A DNA stretch of 64,000 bases from Andalucia godoyi And28 (GCA_009859145.1 VRVR01000020.1:296452-360451), one strand, 5' to 3'; shown: positions 35,393 through 46,475, counted from the stretch's first letter. Program-made: numbers and translations. The notes: generated from the letters alone by a model not told the origin.

Positions 35393-37934
35393 GTTTTTGA
35401 ATAAAGATGTTCTTGGCGCATTGCGCGAGCTCCAGTTTCTCTTCGGACGTAAACAAGTGAACGTCACGGTGACGAATGTCCAGTTTTGCAAAAACAACTA
35501 CCCACTCCTGACCGTCGTTCCAGCGTGTTGACGACATGCACACGTCCAAAATGTGAAATGCCAGAGCCGGCAGTACGCGAGATCTGCACAGCGACAGTTC
35601 ATCGAATGGAAAGTCTGGAACGGAACCCATCCAAAGCGGCTCGCTGCTGAAAACAGGACGGACAGTCTGCAGAAACTGTTCTGTAGCATCCTCAGCATTC
35701 ACACGTCCGGCGTTCGCATTCTTCCTGGAATCGTTCCAGGTATGATACAGCTGGAAAGACTGCAAACAAACCTTCCATTGGTCCCATTCATCCACGTTTG
35801 CATTTCGAGACCGCGCACCTTCATAGCTCTCGGACGACACCACCATGCTAGACAGGCCAACAAACAACGCAGCCGACAGTCTTCCATTGATAATCAACTG
35901 ACGGATAAGGTGGCAAGATGCAGCCAATAGGCTCGCAGGGAAATTGATCAGCCATGTCAGGGCCATAATTCTTCGTTCGTCGTCGATGGACAATCCCGCA
36001 CCCTTGATTTGTCGCCACAAAATAGACTTTGGAGAAACAAGGCCAGTGCAGCCGGGAAGTCGGAGGGAACGAGCGCCCGTCATGAAGCCGTCAACAAGAC
36101 GGACAAGTATGGATTCCACGCTGTATCCTTCTGCCGCTGCGGTCTGAAGGAACAAACGCTTCATCGCGACGGAGTCCTCTCTCAGAGACTCGAGAATTGA
36201 AAACATCTGCAGATCTGCGACCCCGTTGTCGACGTAATTCAGATACATGGGGACAAGTGGCAAGAGTGGTTCAACCTCTTTCAAGCGCTCCACAAGAAGC
36301 AGCGTAATGCCATGAACATGCGATGCAGACTCTGCCGACAACAGACGAGCTTCGGTCAAAACATGGACCAGGTGCACAGAAAAGCGCAACCAAGTCAGTT
36401 TGAACCCGCGGAACATTGCCGTGGATCGCGTGTTCCGATTCGCATTTTGAATTGTTTGCGAGGATGCCTTTGCGTTTGCTGCCACAAGATGGCATTCTGC
36501 GATAGCGGCATCATACTTTCCGAGGATGAGGAGACGCTGCACACAAACCCACGGGGATTCTTCTTCCGGCACTCTGCCAGTTCGTTTTGCGTATTCGGAC
36601 AGAATGGAGTCCATGGAATCTAGTCCAATTGTGTCGGGCGCGTGCATACTGCCCGATTCCAGCAAATCAATTTGTCTTTCCATCGCACAGACAACCAGAG
36701 TCCACAGGCCATCATACCACGATTCGGTAGGAAAGCCGCTACCTACGACAAAAGGCCACAGAAGATCTGGGGACGCTGCCAAGAACGCTGCTATGCATCG
36801 CTCAGATGACGACAATACTCTGGAAGCGTCCTCGGCCATCTTTGCACAGACATGCTTCCACATGCGTCTCCGCGGATTGCCACTCCCAACGGCATTCTCG
36901 CGAACAACAAATCCACGCAACATCAGTCCGCGAGCTATTTGATTCGACTCGAAGCACAATTCAATTGCGGCATCCATGCGGCCGCGCCGAATGAGGTCCC
37001 ACAGCGTACCGACAAACAAGCGATCTGTTTCCTCGTCGGAAGGTGCATAACGTCCAGGAGGATTCGCCCGAAAACGGGCATCGGGATCCAGTGCCGAGAC
37101 GAGACCCCTGACATTGTGCCTTCCTGTCCGAATTGCATGTGCCGTCTCGGTCAGCACGATGGGTTGTGCGAGAACTTCAAGAACAGGGGCAGGGATCTCC
37201 TCCAGCCACTGCCGGACACTCTGCACGCGATGCCATTCCCTTGACGACTGGAAATGGCGTAGCACAGCAGATCGCGGATTGCTGAGACTGTGTTCCTCGA
37301 GTGCCAGCAAGTCGCTTCTCTCCTCTTCCAGCAGCGTTCGCACTAAATGCCACGTTCGCGACTCCTCGACAAGATGATGCTTCTGGCTTGGATCCAAATT
37401 GTCATCCACAGCTTCTTCGCTGCACAGTTGCCGGTACTTTTCAACGAGTGGACTGAGGGAATCTGCTCCACCTGTCTCATCGACCTCCGTCCCTGCAGTT
37501 AGCAGCGACGCCGGTGCAGGAAAGGCGTCTTCCAAGACCTTTCGAAAAGCGACGCACAACCGCTCATCCTGCGGCAACAAGTCCATATCTGCAACGGGAG
37601 GCTGCTCATTCGCATCATCGGCGGAAGGCGACGACACAAAAGCCGATCGCCTAGAGGTGCCCGGCGTGAACGGAGGGATCACCAGTCCATTCGATTCATT
37701 GAGAAGGGACGCTGACAATGTACCGGGGGGGTTGGGATGTGGAATCTTCGTAAATTGCGAGCGAGACCCCATTTCCAGCATTTGCTCCAAGACATCGTCG
37801 TCTACCTCTTGTGCATTCGCAGCATTGGAAATCCGCGCTAAATGAGCACGATAGTCAGAAGACACATTTGCTGGTCTCACCGAATAGCCCGGCGTAAGGT
37901 TCGGGACAAACAGGGAAGTTCCAGGAGTCCCCAT
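35370..37934 (-). CDS. NUP107: Nucleoporin Nup107/Nup84
   Basis: EESRTWHLV, LDPDA, LWDLIRRGRMDAAIELC and GNPRRRMWKHVC in an alpha-solenoid, 854 aa. Confidence 0.8.
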   Translation of the reverse strand: MGTPGTSLFVPNLTPGYSVRPANVSSDYRAHLARISNAANAQEVDDDVLEQMLEMGSRSQFTKIPHPNPPGTLSASLLNESNGLVIPPFTPGTSRRSAFVSSPSADDANEQPPVADMDLLPQDERLCVAFRKVLEDAFPAPASLLTAGTEVDETGGADSLSPLVEKYRQLCSEEAVDDNLDPSQKHHLVEESRTWHLVRTLLEEERSDLLALEEHSLSNPRSAVLRHFQSSREWHRVQSVRQWLEEIPAPVLEVLAQPIVLTETAHAIRTGRHNVRGLVSALDPDARFRANPPGRYAPSDEETDRLFVGTLWDLIRRGRMDAAIELCFESNQIARGLMLRGFVVRENAVGSGNPRRRMWKHVCAKMAEDASRVLSSSERCIAAFLAASPDLLWPFVVGSGFPTESWYDGLWTLVVCAMERQIDLLESGSMHAPDTIGLDSMDSILSEYAKRTGRVPEEESPWVCVQRLLILGKYDAAIAECHLVAANAKASSQTIQNANRNTRSTAMFRGFKLTWLRFSVHLVHVLTEARLLSAESASHVHGITLLLVERLKEVEPLLPLVPMYLNYVDNGVADLQMFSILESLREDSVAMKRLFLQTAAAEGYSVESILVRLVDGFMTGARSLRLPGCTGLVSPKSILWRQIKGAGLSIDDERRIMALTWLINFPASLLAASCHLIRQLIINGRLSAALFVGLSSMVVSSESYEGARSRNANVDEWDQWKVCLQSFQLYHTWNDSRKNANAGRVNAEDATEQFLQTVRPVFSSEPLWMGSVPDFPFDELSLCRSRVLPALAFHILDVCMSSTRWNDGQEWVVVFAKLDIRHRDVHLFTSEEKLELAQCAKNIFIQKLKHDHSR

Positions 37935-38522
37935 TCCGTATGCTACGTCATCGATTCAACAGGAAAGTAATATTTAAAAAAAAAACACCAATAACGATTA
38001 GTACTCGCACAACAAGAATTGCAAATGGGCACGGAAACAAAAGCCAAAAGCCAAAAGCCAAAGAAAAGAAAAACGGCAGACATACACGTTCGCGACAGAT
38101 TAGGAATTGTGCCTGGAGTCGCAAGCGATTCTCCAAGGAGACTGGGAAATGGGGATGGCGGAATCGCGCTACTGTTCAGGAAATTGCTCATCTTTGCGAT
38201 TCTTAAATGAATGGATGCTCAACGCAATGGACGCACATAGGTTTGAAGCGTGAACACGGAGAAAGATTCCCGAACTTCGAATTGCGACGAACCCACAAGC
38301 CACTGATGAGCGCTGAAGAGGAAACCCGGAGGGTGGTCTGGTGCAGCGAAGCGACGATCATCAATTGATGCCAGCACAACATTTTCGAGACTCGGACTTT
38401 ACGATTATTCTTATTTTGGCACAGAGTGTTCTCCAACAAGGAAGCTGTGTGCCGCTTACCAGTTGAGCATCTTGGAGTTTGTACCACAGAAAAAGAAAAA
38501 GAAAAAACAGAAAAACAGAAAA

Positions 38523-38566
38523 ACAGACAGACAAACAGACAAACAGACAAACAGACAAACAGACAG
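38523..38566. repeat. (ACAGACAA)n tandem repeat upstream of the CWC15-like ATG
   Basis: Read directly from the sequence. Confidence 0.85.
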
Positions 38567-38572
38567 CAAGGA

Positions 38573-39196
38573 ATGACTTCTCGAGTGCTTCATTCGCTTC
38601 GCAGCCATTCTGGAATTGTATCAAAGAAAGGACAGAGGAATGACACGATGAAAGTGCGTGACGTCCCGCAAGTCGGGTTTCGTTCTGATCGGGACTGTTC
38701 GACAGCGGGCCCGGCCCCGCAGTCGGTGGCAGAGCCTCGTGCGGATCCCGATGATGTGTTGCAGCCTCTGCAGAAGAGACTGAAGCTGAGTGATGCGCGC
38801 AGCCCTGTGGCCGAAGTCGACCAAGAAGTGAACAGGGAAGAGCGCGATGCAGTCTCCGAGGAAAACTCCGAGGAACATCTTGTACGGGCAGAACCGTTGA
38901 AAGCGGGGTCACAAACGGACACCGAGAAATTGAAGCGGCGTGTTGTTGCGGATGAGGAGCAGAAACAAGCGGAGATTGCGGTCGCGGAGACGAGTCGGTC
39001 GCAGCTACGCGGGTTTTTGGACGGGCCCGTCTTGGCCGGATCCGGGTCAGGAGTTGTCTCAAAGTGGGACGATGATGTCATTTTCCGAAACCAGGCTGCA
39101 AAGGTGGCTCCAAGAGACGCAAAGTCTTCCGAATTCATCAATGATTCTGTTCACAGCAACGCACATCGCAAGTTTTTGGAGAAGTTTGTGCGTTAA
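38573..39196 (+). CDS. CWC15: CWC15-like pre-mRNA splicing factor
   Basis: C-terminal KWDDDVIFRNQA...FINDSVHSNAHRKFLEKFVR matches the Cwc15 terminal motif. The N-terminus is divergent. Confidence 0.65.
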   Translation: MTSRVLHSLRSHSGIVSKKGQRNDTMKVRDVPQVGFRSDRDCSTAGPAPQSVAEPRADPDDVLQPLQKRLKLSDARSPVAEVDQEVNREERDAVSEENSEEHLVRAEPLKAGSQTDTEKLKRRVVADEEQKQAEIAVAETSRSQLRGFLDGPVLAGSGSGVVSKWDDDVIFRNQAAKVAPRDAKSSEFINDSVHSNAHRKFLEKFVR

Positions 39197-39229
39197 GCAC
39201 ACATCCATGTTGCTGTTTTCATTCTTGCA

Positions 39230-39481
39230 TTACCGTGGCCCCGTTCCTGGTAAGCGGATGTTGAGTCGCCTTTTCGGAAGTTGGAAATCAAACGCCAACC
39301 TGTACCGCCTGCGGAGTGCATCGGTGCACAACGTGGCCCTCAACACGTCTCTCCTCTCTGCTCGCAAACTCCTGGACGTTGTATGCGGCGCCGCTTTGCG
39401 AGACAAAAAGCAGAATCGTAAGCCCTGGTAGGAGAAACGGTGGCTGCTGGGATGCCAGATGTTTTTCTTCATGTCTGACAA
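39230..39481. other. Short coding-like segment, strand unresolved
   Basis: GC-rich stretch with an 83-aa minus ORF (MSDMKKNIWHPSSH...) and an overlapping plus ORF (MLSRLFGSWKSNANLYRLR...KPW, ending 39431). Neither is recognisable. Confidence 0.3.
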
Positions 39482-39692
39482 TCAATTTTTTCAGCTCACT
39501 CGGTAAAATTGCACCTTCTTTTCTCCTGCTGTAAAAAAAAAATGAAAGAGTACGCATGGTTTCCGTTTGGCAAATCGCTGTTTTCGTCTATTGCAATTCG
39601 TGTCTTTTTATTTCTATCCTTTGTGTGTTCATTCATCCTTCCTCATTCTTCCTGATTCTCCCCTTTCATTGGCAGCCTGCATTTTCAGAAAC

Positions 39693-40124
39693 ATGTTTAG
39701 TCGATCCAGGCTCTTGAATTCGCTGCGATTCGTTCGTGGTGGCGGCGACGCACCCATCAAAGAAGCTGGAGGCCGCCTTTTTGGAGAAGCAGTATGTGCG
39801 TTGTCGGTCTCTTTTTCCATTGTTTCGTCCCTTTCGGGCGTACACGCATCCATTGTGTCAGGCATATCTCTGAACACGATGTTGTTATTTTTCTGTACCG
39901 CCTCTCTCAAATTCCGTTTGCGATTTACTTATCTTTTTCTCTAATTCCAGCCTCTTGCTCCGGGACAAACAAGAAAATGCGAGTCGTGGGAAAGGGTGTA
40001 TTACTTTGGAATGGGAGGTTCGTTTGTCCTCATCACGCTCGGCTTGTATGCGAAGCCTGATACCTCGATGAAGACACTTGCAAGAATCGAAGCAACTGCT
40101 CAGGATTCCCAACAAAAGCAGTGA
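39693..40124 (+). CDS. NDUFB11: Complex I subunit NDUFB11 (ESSS), two exons
   Basis: Intron 39792-39950 (GTATGT...CCAG) joins MFSRSRLL...GRLFGEA to PLAPGQTRKCESWERVYYFGMGGSFVLITLGLYAKPDTSM, the ESSS motif. Confidence 0.8.
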
Positions 40125-40260
40125 TTGCTGTGCTGCGTTTCTGATTTGCTGGGTTGGGGAAAAGCATCCATGTTAATAAACACTCTTACTTTCTTGTTGA
40201 ATTGCTTTTTTACTTCTAGCTTTGTATGTGTTATTTACAAAAAAGAACGTACTGTTTCCG

Positions 40261-41130
40261 TCATCTCCTCTGCACTGCGGTTGGAGGGAGAGGAGGCGGA
40301 GGCGGGAAGGATGCGCTCCGCGAAACTGCAGAGACGGACCTTGGTGGGGGAGGTGGAGGAACAACAGAAGGAGTCGACGCCATCGCATGCGACGTCTCGA
40401 ATACCATCGTCTCTGTTGCCGAATAAGACGACGACATCGAAGAAGAAGACGGTAGAGGAGGAGGATGATTTGCCCCGAGAACTCCATATGCAGGCTGCAT
40501 CTGAAGCAGTGTGGAGGACCGTGGGAGGTTTGCTGCAATCAATCGTTCCTCGACAGTTCCGTGTCTCTCGCCTTTCGCGCCACCGTTCTTGTATGCATAC
40601 TGGACGCGGATGGCGCGGCCGCCAAGGAACTGGGAGTCGAGTGCTTGGATGGCAGCGTCCGATGCTTCAAAAGAGTCGAACCGGACAAACGCATGCCCTT
40701 TGCACTTGCCAGACTCATCACGTCCCACACGTGGATGCCCTATCAGCTTTCCAAACGCAGAAAATGCTTCATACAAGCGCTTCTCGTCGATATCGGGATC
40801 AAGGTTGCCGACAAACAGGTTTGCTCCAATGTCGCCTTTGGACCTGTCTTCTGTGGCTCTATTCAGCCGGATTGACTTTGAAAACAGCTTGACTGCATTC
40901 ATGCAAGCCAATGCATACTCGCAGTTTTCAGCAGACTTGAACTCCACAAACCCGTAGCCTTGATGTTCTCCTGTGATCTTGTCGCGAGGAATGTACACAT
41001 TCACAAGCGGTCCGCACTGCAGAAACAGTTCCCACAGAATCTCCTCGTCAACCGCAGTATCCAGACTCGCCACAAACAGCGTTGCCTCTGGGTTTCTGTC
41101 CGTAGGAATTCCGTGCGCCGCAGTGGCCAT
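40261..41130 (-). CDS. SF3B4: Splicing factor 3B subunit 4 (SAP49/Hsh49)
   Basis: RNPEATLFV...ILWELFLQCGPLVNVYIPRD...HQGYGFVEF, a second RRM DIGANLFVGNLDP and a Pro-rich tail. Confidence 0.93.
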   Translation of the reverse strand: MATAAHGIPTDRNPEATLFVASLDTAVDEEILWELFLQCGPLVNVYIPRDKITGEHQGYGFVEFKSAENCEYALACMNAVKLFSKSIRLNRATEDRSKGDIGANLFVGNLDPDIDEKRLYEAFSAFGKLIGHPRVGRDESGKCKGHAFVRFDSFEASDAAIQALDSQFLGGRAIRVQYAYKNGGAKGERHGTVEERLIAANLPRSSTLLQMQPAYGVLGANHPPPLPSSSSMSSSYSATETMVFETSHAMASTPSVVPPPPPPRSVSAVSRSASFPPPPPLPPTAVQRR

Positions 41131-41395
41131 CTTCTCCACAACTCGCAACTCACAACTCGTGACTCGTGACTCACAACTCACACCGGCGTTTTCGGCTCTC
41201 CGACTTTCCCACGATTTGTGCTGTCCGTTCCTTGTGCGTGGCTTGAGGCATTTTCTCCCAACTTGAGTGCTCCCAAAGTCCTCCTAGAAACTGAAAGAAA
41301 GAAAAAAAACCACATTTCAGTCAGCGCGCGCTGGTGAGCGCTTCGATTTTCCGAGTGTCCAGCATCTCAGTTCTCAAGTCTCGGATGAGCAGCTG

Positions 41396-43657
41396 ATGAG
41401 CGAGACGTTGGAAGGTTCGTCTCGACTGCGCTCGGGCGCGTCCAGTATTTCGCAATCCCTGTCGATGGATTTTGAGTCTGGGTCGGCCGTGCCCGCGCGG
41501 CGGACCGCAGACTGCTGGACTCCACGTTCATTGCAAAGGAGGAGATCTTCTCTCGAGAGAGCGGACGTCGGCACCAGCGTTCACTCGGCGGGAGATCTGC
41601 GTATCGAAGAAGCAGCAACCTTGCCGGAGGGACGAACGGGAGCTATGCCGTCGGACAGTTGGAAACGGACTTCTTCGGCACCAGACTTGACGTGTCTCGG
41701 TGACAGTGAGCCGCAGAGCAATGCTGTGTCGGCGTTATCTTCCGCCTCGTCCTCCACTTCTGCCTTCGCTGCCTCCGCTTCTTCTAAATTCTCAGGTGTA
41801 AAGTCATCATCGTTCTCTGCTGGGGCTGCGGGGGCTTCACAGTCGCCACCACCATCATCTCCAGCCTCTTCCTCTCGGGCCCGTGCGATGATGGCAACGT
41901 GCCGCGCGCTGCTGAGAGCGGTCCCGCTAGTCTTGTGGGCTGCGATCGTGTTGCTTGGTGTTGGGTTGGTGATTTGGCTTGCCGAGTCGTCGCATGCCCA
42001 GGCACTCGGAGTGGATCTGTCGTCGTGGTGTTTCTTTCTCTCTGCCGTTTTTTTCTCTTGGGTGATCAGCGAGTACTTCGCCGCTGCCATCGTGGGCGTG
42101 GGGAACTTCATTGATATGGAAGGAAAGGTGGAGATGTATCTCCAGGCGTTGGTTGGGTCACTGCACTACATGCTGTTCTTCATTGCCATGGTTATTTCCT
42201 GGAACGCGCTGTTGTATGATGTGGACGGAGTGCCTGGCTACCCAATCGTCGAGGACATCGCGATCGGCATCAACACTGCGGTCTACATTTCCCTTCTTCA
42301 CGGTGTCAAGGCAGTATTTGTCACGCATTTCGTGGAGTCGAGGAACCAGACATTGTTTGCCAAGGAATTGCAATTGGCGCTTTTTCGGGAAAAGCTGTTG
42401 ACCCGGCTTTCGCAGAAACAGTATACCTTTCGAAAGCAGAATGTGACAAGACATATTGAATCATCCTCCAGCATAGACGATTTGAAATTCTACGGGGAGA
42501 TGGTCCCATCTCTTCTTACTCTAGCGGAAAGTGAATCGTTGAATGTCATGTCCCTCTCCAAATTCCGCTTGTTGCGCGATCTGTTTCAGAACAACAAACT
42601 GAAACGGATTCGAAAGTCCAGTCAGTTTGACTACATGTGGGACGAAGAGGGTTCCAAGGCAGATGTGGAACGCGTTGTCCGACGTGTCTACTGGAATTTA
42701 GCGCAGCCTCTTTCGGAGGATTTTCTTGGCGTGGACGACATCTCCAACATGGGTCCCCGAGAAATGTGCAACATCCAGGACTTTGCTCGTGTTCTCCATC
42801 GCGATGTGGGATCCGCTGTTGTCCAAAAAGCTTTTTCGCTTTTCAGCCACGGCAAGAATGATTTCGTGACTCGCGACGACATTGAAACTGAGGTGACAAG
42901 TGCGTACAAGTCGAGAAAGCATCTGTCCAACAATCTCCGAAATTTTGAGGACGTGTCGCGCATTTTGATGCGAGTCGTCGATTTCCCATTCTGGTTCATC
43001 ATGGTGATCGCTCTGCTTGTGTCCTTTGGGTATGACTTGGTGACCGTTGTTGTTCCATTCTCGTCGTTCGTTTTGGGTGTTGCGTTTGCAGTGAGACCTC
43101 TTGGCCAGAGAATGTTTGAATCTGCGGTGCTGATGATCGGGGTGCAGTCTTTCTCGATCGGAGACCGCATTCGGATCAGTGGCCAGAAACAGATTTATAC
43201 CATTCGCAAAGTCGGTGTGTTCTCGACGATCGCCCATTCAATCCAAGGCGAGGAGGTCTACATTCCGAATACGATGTTGTTCAATCAGCACGTGCACAAC
43301 CTGCGTCGCAATCCGCTGGCTTCGGTTAGCATTGATCTTCAAGCGGGTTTGCAAGACGTCGCAGAGAAGCTCCCCCAATTCAAGCGCCTTCTTGGGGATT
43401 ATCTTCGCGCGAACAACCACGTTTGGATTGCCGACGGATTCTGTGTGGAGACGACGTCGATTGACAACTTGTCGAAAGTCGTCCTTGCAGTGTATGTCGG
43501 ATGTCGTTGTCGATGGCAGGACCGAAAGATTTGGATGCCCGCAAGATCGAGTCTGCTGGAGCACATTGCTTACCTCTTTCAACAGCTCAAAATGGAGTAC
43601 CTTCCTCCTACGCTGCCGGTGGATCTGTACCCTGCGGAAGAAGAGCTCTTCCACTAA
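41396..43657 (+). CDS. MscS-like (MSL) mechanosensitive ion channel
   Basis: Disordered N-terminus, several TM helices, EF-hand-like FSLFSHGKNDFVT, FSIGDRIRI, YIPNTML and NLRRNP. Confidence 0.85.
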   Translation: MSETLEGSSRLRSGASSISQSLSMDFESGSAVPARRTADCWTPRSLQRRRSSLERADVGTSVHSAGDLRIEEAATLPEGRTGAMPSDSWKRTSSAPDLTCLGDSEPQSNAVSALSSASSSTSAFAASASSKFSGVKSSSFSAGAAGASQSPPPSSPASSSRARAMMATCRALLRAVPLVLWAAIVLLGVGLVIWLAESSHAQALGVDLSSWCFFLSAVFFSWVISEYFAAAIVGVGNFIDMEGKVEMYLQALVGSLHYMLFFIAMVISWNALLYDVDGVPGYPIVEDIAIGINTAVYISLLHGVKAVFVTHFVESRNQTLFAKELQLALFREKLLTRLSQKQYTFRKQNVTRHIESSSSIDDLKFYGEMVPSLLTLAESESLNVMSLSKFRLLRDLFQNNKLKRIRKSSQFDYMWDEEGSKADVERVVRRVYWNLAQPLSEDFLGVDDISNMGPREMCNIQDFARVLHRDVGSAVVQKAFSLFSHGKNDFVTRDDIETEVTSAYKSRKHLSNNLRNFEDVSRILMRVVDFPFWFIMVIALLVSFGYDLVTVVVPFSSFVLGVAFAVRPLGQRMFESAVLMIGVQSFSIGDRIRISGQKQIYTIRKVGVFSTIAHSIQGEEVYIPNTMLFNQHVHNLRRNPLASVSIDLQAGLQDVAEKLPQFKRLLGDYLRANNHVWIADGFCVETTSIDNLSKVVLAVYVGCRCRWQDRKIWMPARSSLLEHIAYLFQQLKMEYLPPTLPVDLYPAEEELFH

Positions 43658-43825
43658 AGGAAAACGGCAAGTTGGTTCTTTTCGTGGTGGGACTCCCCGG
43701 TCGTAGCGTCGCTGTTTTGCGAGTTGCGAGTCCCCCATTTTCGCCTTGCAGGTTCAGGAAAAGTAGAGGTATTTTACGAGAACTTGTGTTTTGTTAATGC
43801 ACTCTGCTGCGAAGGAGGGGCGTTG

Positions 43826-44053
43826 ATGAATAATCGAAAGCTGCTTTATTCTCTCGCTGCGTGGACTGTCGCTGGTGCGGTGTTCTACTACACCACGATC
43901 AGGCCCGACCAGCAAGGTCGAGTGCATGCCACCGTGGAAACCCATCCAAATGCAGCGCACCGGGACCAAAACACCACAATTTCTGGCCGGATCGATGCAA
44001 CAATGATTGAATGGAAGCACAAGTTGTTTGGAGCGGACAAGAAGCAGCCATAG
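43826..44053 (+). CDS. Small single-pass membrane protein (75 aa)
   Basis: MNNRKLLYSLAAWTVAGAVFYYTTIRP...: one TM segment with coding-like composition, between MscS and the thioesterase. Confidence 0.5.
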   Translation: MNNRKLLYSLAAWTVAGAVFYYTTIRPDQQGRVHATVETHPNAAHRDQNTTISGRIDATMIEWKHKLFGADKKQP

Positions 44054-44201
44054 CCCTGCATTTGAAAAAAATTCCTGTTTGTTCTTTTTTGCTTGAATTT
44101 GTACAGTACATGCCGCTTAACTGGTAAATAACCCTCTAATCCATTGGCAAGAGCTGGACATCTTCCTCTCGCGCTCCTGATCACACCGGCTGAACCGGGC
44201 G

Positions 44202-44699
44202 TCACAGTTTGGCCATTCCTGCGGTGTCTGTCTTTCCCGCCATCAACATGATTGTGTTCTGGCTAATTGCACAGAGCTTCTGGGAGCCGTCCGCTTGCAC
44301 AGCATAGATTTCAGAAGTGCATACGACGAGCGTCTTTCCTGGTTTCACGGTCTTTCCAATTGCTCTTAGCTTGACACCCTGTGCAGGAGACATCAGATTC
44401 AGCTTGTACTCGACAGCCAGAACAGAGGATGTTTCGGGAGCCAGTGTAAACGCAGCATATCCACACGAGTTATCCGCAAGCGTCCCGACGAGACCACCGT
44501 GGAAAAAGCCGTGCTGCTGTGTCACATTCTCGTTGTACGGAATCTCAAGTTCCACGATGCCCGGATCGACGCGAGTCAGCACACAGCCAATGTGTGCCAT
44601 GAACTTCTGCCGCGAAAAGCTGTCTTTGACTCTGTCGCGAAAGTTTGGATTCGAAACGAGCTTTGACACGTGATTCACAACCGCATGCAGATTCGCCAT
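44202..44699 (-). CDS. PaaI-family hotdog-fold thioesterase
   Basis: SFSRQKFMAHIG, QQHGFFHGGLVGTLADNSCGYAA, VEYKLNLMSPAQG and VKPGKTLVVC. Confidence 0.9.
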   Translation of the reverse strand: MANLHAVVNHVSKLVSNPNFRDRVKDSFSRQKFMAHIGCVLTRVDPGIVELEIPYNENVTQQHGFFHGGLVGTLADNSCGYAAFTLAPETSSVLAVEYKLNLMSPAQGVKLRAIGKTVKPGKTLVVCTSEIYAVQADGSQKLCAISQNTIMLMAGKTDTAGMAKL

Positions 44700-45056
44700 T
44701 TTTTAATTACTCTTCTCTGTTTGTGCAGGTCTGTGCTTCTCTTCTCATCCCCATCAACGCACGCACGCACACACGTACTCTGTCTGGCTGTCTGGCTGTC
44801 TGGCTGGCTGTCTGGCTGTCTATCTCTCTCTCTCTCTCCTACGCACTCAACCCAGACTGCGGGAGTTCAGCACCGCCTTTTTTTTGGTGCTGTTTTTTTT
44901 GTCAGACTGTCGACGTGCGTCAACTGATCTCGTAAATCCATTTTCGTATTGTTTGCACACATCTGGACTCTTGTTTGCATAGCCAAGTGTCTATATTTTT
45001 TGTGCAGTCCTCGTTGTGTGTCTTGACGGATACATCGGTGCAGGAATCGTCATCAC

Positions 45057-46136
45057 TTGCAGCCAGGATCTCCGCCGAGCCTTTTGGAAGAGCTCTCTGC
45101 AACGACGCAGAGTAAAAGCGACAGAACTCATAAAATCAGTATGCTGAATTCCAGCTGTTTTAAGAGAGGGTTGACGCGGAAGCTGCTTGCAGCCGCTACT
45201 CTTATATTTGCGTTTCTCGTGTCGATTTTCCTTCTTGTAGCGGCCTCTGCAGAGATCTGGGCTTCCATGCGACCTATGCGCGTGGCCGGGCCGTTTTTGC
45301 AGACGAATGTTAATGTGTATGTCGTTGAGGAAGCAACCATGCAGTCGTGCAACGGCGAAGCGGCCTCGCAGTTCCAGATGGATTTTGGAGCAATCACATT
45401 TGATTCAAGTTTTTGTAATGTCGACGATCTAGAGTATTCGTCGTCGTCTTGTAGCAGTCCAACAGACCGATGCAACACAATTCGAACAAATCACCTGCAG
45501 GAGCATCTCCTTGGCCTCTTTCTGAATCCTTTCCGGAGTGTCATTGCGAGCGTGCAGCAAGGTTCGGGATACGTGACCTTGGAGGACCACTTAAACACTC
45601 TGGAATACGGATTGAAACCGTTGTTCCCATTGCTGCTTATTGCTGCGTTTTTCATGGTCAGTGAACTATGTTTAATTGCCGTCGTGGTGATCGTCCCTTC
45701 CAAATTCGTGGAGGACAAAACCTCGAAAATGTTCGCACTCATTTTGAGCATTCCAAGCCTTGTTGCGTTTGTTCTTACTTTGGTCGCCCTTGCAGTGTTC
45801 AATACTGCAAGAGGTGTGTTTGACAATCAGCATATTGGCACAGTCCTGGTTTGGGAGACTCCCAACAGCAGCGTGTCAAACAGGTTGGATTTCACATTTG
45901 GCACATCTCTCAACGTCGGCATTGCCGTGCAGCTATGCACGGCATCCGTCATTCTAATTGTAATCTCACTCCCACTAACCGTGCTTCTTGCATTCCACAT
46001 CAAGAAGTGCAGTCCGAATGCGGATGCGAATGTGACAGATGTTGCTCCTGGAACCAGATCGTCGAGCGCCAAGTACTCTGCCTATCGTGATGACGAAGAC
46101 GCAGATTCCGAAGTTGCAGATGCAAGGAGCATATGA
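45057..46136 (+). CDS. Four-pass membrane protein with a Cys-containing first extracellular loop (claudin/SUR7-like topology)
   Basis: TM1, a loop of about 130 aa with several Cys, then three more hydrophobic segments. The start may be ATG 45141. Confidence 0.6.
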   Translation: MQPGSPPSLLEELSATTQSKSDRTHKISMLNSSCFKRGLTRKLLAAATLIFAFLVSIFLLVAASAEIWASMRPMRVAGPFLQTNVNVYVVEEATMQSCNGEAASQFQMDFGAITFDSSFCNVDDLEYSSSSCSSPTDRCNTIRTNHLQEHLLGLFLNPFRSVIASVQQGSGYVTLEDHLNTLEYGLKPLFPLLLIAAFFMVSELCLIAVVVIVPSKFVEDKTSKMFALILSIPSLVAFVLTLVALAVFNTARGVFDNQHIGTVLVWETPNSSVSNRLDFTFGTSLNVGIAVQLCTASVILIVISLPLTVLLAFHIKKCSPNADANVTDVAPGTRSSSAKYSAYRDDEDADSEVADARSI

Positions 46137-46475
46137 GAATAAGAGTTTTGGTTATTCGGGCTTGACCTTGCTGTCGGTTCCATCCTCACATCTGATTTCG
46201 TTGTTGTTTTACGGAGATTTTCTCTCCCAACTTTCCTTTTCCGCTCGCAAAAAGTACGCGATGTTCCGCTCCCCAGTTTTTTGTCGTCGAGTACACATAC
46301 ATGCACATCCACGATGATTCATGCCAAAAAAGAAGAAGAAGCACACTGGCTCTTAATCATTAAAGACATAATACTATATCGCAACGCGGTACAAAAAAGA
46401 CACATTTATGTTTAAAATAGGAAGGAAAAAAGAAAAAAAAGATGACATTCTGGGCCGTCACAAGCGGCTCAGCAG

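Noticed and set aside
28897-43657. Two mechanosensitive channel genes (OSCA and MscS) within 15 kb
   Set aside because: Unrelated families separated by housekeeping genes; likely coincidence.
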